From an uncultured Eubacteriales bacterium (GTDB taxonomy: Bacteria; Bacillota; Clostridia; TANB77; RGIG9151), in NCBI GenBank assembly GCA_964478905.1, contig CAYZJZ010000007.1, forward strand, positions 12,793 to 19,935: a stretch of DNA of 7,143 nt, written 5' to 3'. A program made the position numbers and the translations under genes. Below the pieces are notes generated by a model. That model did no database searches, had not been told where the DNA came from, and was given only the letters and a program-made list of their open reading frames with translations. How positions within the stretch are numbered: the first letter of the stretch is position 1; every line of letters begins with the position of its first letter. Below are positions 5,037 through 7,143 of the stretch, in pieces.

Positions 5037-6170
5037 ATGCGAATCAATACAAATGTAATGGCCTTAAACGCACAAAATATGCTGTCTAAAAATCAAAATA
5101 GCGTAGAAAAATCCGTAGGACGATTATCCTCAGGTTTAAGGATCAACGGTGCTTCCGATGATGCGTCAGGACTAGCTATTAGCGAAAAAATGAGAGCGCA
5201 AATTAGAGGCTTGGGAAAAGCCAAAGATAATGCGCAAGACGGTATATCGTTATTACAGACTGCAGAAGGTGCCCTACAACAAACTACCGATATTCTACAA
5301 AGAATGAGAGAGCTTGTTATTAAGGCGCAAAATACAGGCGTATTGACGGAGGATGACCGGACTTCAATTACCAATGAACTAAGTACATTAAGGGACGAAG
5401 TTGATAGAATTGCTACATCAACTACATTTAATGGCAAGAAGCTATTAAACGGAGATATGGGAGTTAAGCTTGAAAACAAAGGGCTTACAAATGCAAAATA
5501 TGTAGATGTGTCTAATGCGACTGCAGATACAGAATATACATTTACCTTTGATACAAGCAAACAAAAAATCAAAGTAGCGTGGGATGGTGGAGAAGCTTAT
5601 TCAGATGAAAACTTTGCAGACGAAAATGCAATAGTAAAAGGCAGTGTAAATTTTACAGATGCCGGTATAGTACTTGATTACGGTGATACAGGAGTCAAAG
5701 TTTCGGATGCAATTGACGGATCAACGTTAAAAACAGCTGATGAAACAAAAGGGAAAAAAGCAGATTTCAAAATTGGTGCAAATACCTATTCACAAGATTT
5801 ATTATCAATGGGAATAGGAGATATGACATCTAAAGGACTAAACAGATTAGATCAAAGTGCAAAGTTCGATTTAGACATAAGTTCTAGAGAGAAATCAGAC
5901 GCCGCACTAAAAGCTATTGATTATGCAATAAGCAAAGTGACGGAGCAAAGAGCTAAACTCGGTACAGTTCAAAACAGAATGGAATATGCATCAAATAACT
6001 TATCTGTTACCCAAGAAAATTTAAATGCCGCTGAATCTCGAATTCGAGATGTAGATATGGCAGAAGAAATGGTAACTTACACCAAAAACAGTATTCTAAA
6101 TGAATCTGCAATGGCGATGTTGGCACAGGCTAATAAAGAGCCTGAAAAAATTCTTACTTTATTACAGTAA
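5037..6170 (+). CDS. fliC: Flagellin, 377 aa (paralog 1)
   Basis: ORF-track protein MRINTNVMALNAQN...LSSGLRINGASDDASGLAISEKMRAQIRGL...DGISLLQTAEGAL...ILQRMRELVIKAQN carries a canonical flagellin N-terminal D0/D1. The C-terminal D1/D0 reads QRAKLGTVQNRMEYASNNLSVTQENLNAAESRIRDVDMAEEMVTYTKNSILNESAMAMLAQAN...LLQ. A compact variable middle spans about aa 138-241. The SD is AAAGGGGTG and the stop is TAA 6168-6170. Confidence 0.96.
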   Translation: MRINTNVMALNAQNMLSKNQNSVEKSVGRLSSGLRINGASDDASGLAISEKMRAQIRGLGKAKDNAQDGISLLQTAEGALQQTTDILQRMRELVIKAQNTGVLTEDDRTSITNELSTLRDEVDRIATSTTFNGKKLLNGDMGVKLENKGLTNAKYVDVSNATADTEYTFTFDTSKQKIKVAWDGGEAYSDENFADENAIVKGSVNFTDAGIVLDYGDTGVKVSDAIDGSTLKTADETKGKKADFKIGANTYSQDLLSMGIGDMTSKGLNRLDQSAKFDLDISSREKSDAALKAIDYAISKVTEQRAKLGTVQNRMEYASNNLSVTQENLNAAESRIRDVDMAEEMVTYTKNSILNESAMAMLAQANKEPEKILTLLQ

Positions 6171-6175
6171 GATCA

Positions 6176-6197
6176 GACTTAAGTTAATATGTAAGTC
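6176..6197 (+). other. Small inter-flagellin hairpin (GACUUA-N10-UAAGUC), not a canonical terminator
   Basis: GACTTA (6176-6181) pairs with TAAGTC (6192-6197) around a 10-nt loop. It is followed by AUGGAUGAAAAAA with no U-tract, so it may be an mRNA 3'-end/processing or stabilising element, or chance. Confidence 0.25.
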
Positions 6198-6237
6198 ATG
6201 GATGAAAAAATATTAAAAATTCAAGGAGGAATTTATT

Positions 6238-7143
6238 ATGAGAATCAATACAAACGTAATGGCATTAAATGCCCAAAACAAATTAAAGGTAAATCAATCA
6301 AGTGTGGAGAAGTCAATTCAAAAATTATCATCAGGTTTAAGAATTAATAGTGCTGCAGATGATGCATCAGGACTTGCTATAAGCGAGAAAATGAGAGCAC
6401 AAATCAGAGGATTAGACCAAGCTGAAGCAAATGCTCAAGACGGTATTTCTTTACTACAAACAGCAGAAGGAGCATTGCAACAAACAACAGACATTCTACA
6501 AAGAATGAGAGAACTAGTAATTAAAGGTCAAAACACAGGTGTGTTAACAGAAGACGACAGAACATCTATTTCAAACGAATTAAGCACACTAAGAGACGAA
6601 ATTGACCGTATTTCTACATCAACAACATTTAACGGAAAGAAATTACTAGATGGAACAATGGCTGCTGAAGTTAAAGATGGAGCTACTATGGGTAGTGCAG
6701 TAAGAATAGACGTATCTAATGCTATTAATGGAAACTATGAAGTTACTTGGAGTGCAAAGGGAAAAACATTACAAATATCTGACGGAAAAAATGCATATTT
6801 AGCTGATCAAAGCTTTGAAACTACAAGTATTACAGGAAAAGTAACATTTTCTGAACTAAAAGTAAGTGTAGATTACGGTGATAATAATATAAAAACTGAT
6901 AAAGCAGGTGTAACATTTGCCGTTGAAACCGAAGCTAATAAAGCAGATTTCAAAATTGGCGCTAATACAGAAGATGAAGACTTATTATCTTTTGGTATTG
7001 GAGATATGTCTGCAAAAGGATTAAGCCGTGATGGAAAGGAAAAGTTTTCTATTGACATTTCTGATAGAGCAAGTTCAGATAATACATTAAAGGCAATTGA
7101 CTATGCGATAGATACAGTATCTAGCCAACGTGCTACAATTGGT
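6238..7143 (+). CDS. fliC: Flagellin (paralog 2). The 3' end runs off the window; 302 codons are visible.
   Basis: Absent from the ORF track because it has no in-window stop. Hand translation from ATG 6238 stays open to 7143: MRINTNVMALNAQNKLKVNQSSVEKSIQKLSSGLRINSAADDASGLAISEKMRAQIRGLDQAEANAQDGISLLQTAEGALQQTTDILQRMRELVIKGQNTGVLTEDDRTSISNELSTLRDEIDRISTSTTFNGKKLLDGT...ADFKIGANTEDEDLLSFGIGDMSAKGL...LKAIDYAIDTVSSQRATIG. A strong SD AAGGAGG (6223-6229) lies 8 nt upstream of the ATG. Confidence 0.94.
   Translation, partial: MRINTNVMALNAQNKLKVNQSSVEKSIQKLSSGLRINSAADDASGLAISEKMRAQIRGLDQAEANAQDGISLLQTAEGALQQTTDILQRMRELVIKGQNTGVLTEDDRTSISNELSTLRDEIDRISTSTTFNGKKLLDGTMAAEVKDGATMGSAVRIDVSNAINGNYEVTWSAKGKTLQISDGKNAYLADQSFETTSITGKVTFSELKVSVDYGDNNIKTDKAGVTFAVETEANKADFKIGANTEDEDLLSFGIGDMSAKGLSRDGKEKFSIDISDRASSDNTLKAIDYAIDTVSSQRATIG

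Noticed and set aside
5093-5572. Minus-strand ORF of 159 aa inside flagellin 1
   Set aside because: It is an antisense shadow of a canonical flagellin frame, Ser/Val/Leu-rich, with no SD.
6097-6120. TAAA...GGCGATGT inside the 3' end of flagellin 1 as an internal sigma-28 promoter for paralog 2
   Set aside because: The spacer is only 12 nt rather than about 15, and the sequence simply encodes the conserved NESAMAMLAQ C-terminus.
6873-7058. Minus-strand ORF of 61 aa inside flagellin 2
   Set aside because: It is an antisense shadow of the open flagellin 2 frame.
1-7143. Search for mobile elements, CRISPR repeats, tRNA/rRNA, toxin-antitoxin or defence genes
   Set aside because: I saw no periodic direct repeats, terminal inverted repeats with a transposase, cloverleaf-like segments or additional unexplained ORFs. 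Essentially all non-coding DNA falls in four intergenic spacers: 621-645, 2020-2145, 4597-5036 and 6171-6237.

Overview
This is a low-GC, Firmicutes/Clostridia-like chromosomal segment made of housekeeping and motility genes. On the minus strand, gyrA (2146-4596) is followed by a ktrB-ktrA potassium-uptake operon (646-2019 and 1-620). On the plus strand, a sigma-28/SigD-type promoter (4797-4823) and a leader of about 206 nt precede two tandem, diverged flagellin paralogs (5037-6170 and 6238->7143). The supplied ORF track omits ktrA and the second flagellin because neither has an in-window stop; I recovered both by hand translation. All other listed ORFs (1-186+, 53-379+, 968-1318+, 3790-4026+, 5093-5572-, 6873-7058-) are antisense shadows of these genes. 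I found no tRNA, rRNA, CRISPR array, IS element or recombinase, and no convincing novel multi-gene system. The most interesting unexplained signal is the flagellin leader (4850-4978). A GC-rich closing helix or inverted repeat of about 14 bp encloses three hairpins, two of which present GGA in hexaloops. It could be an uncharacterised cis-regulatory RNA, a multi-site CsrA platform, or a small invertible switch. Secondary observations are Ala at the Ser83-equivalent quinolone-resistance position of GyrA, gyrA uncoupled from gyrB, an orphan minus-strand terminator-like hairpin upstream of gyrA, a 35-codon uORF, and contrasting codon usage and translation-initiation regions in the two flagellins. 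All structures and motifs were found by eye and none has been checked against a database.
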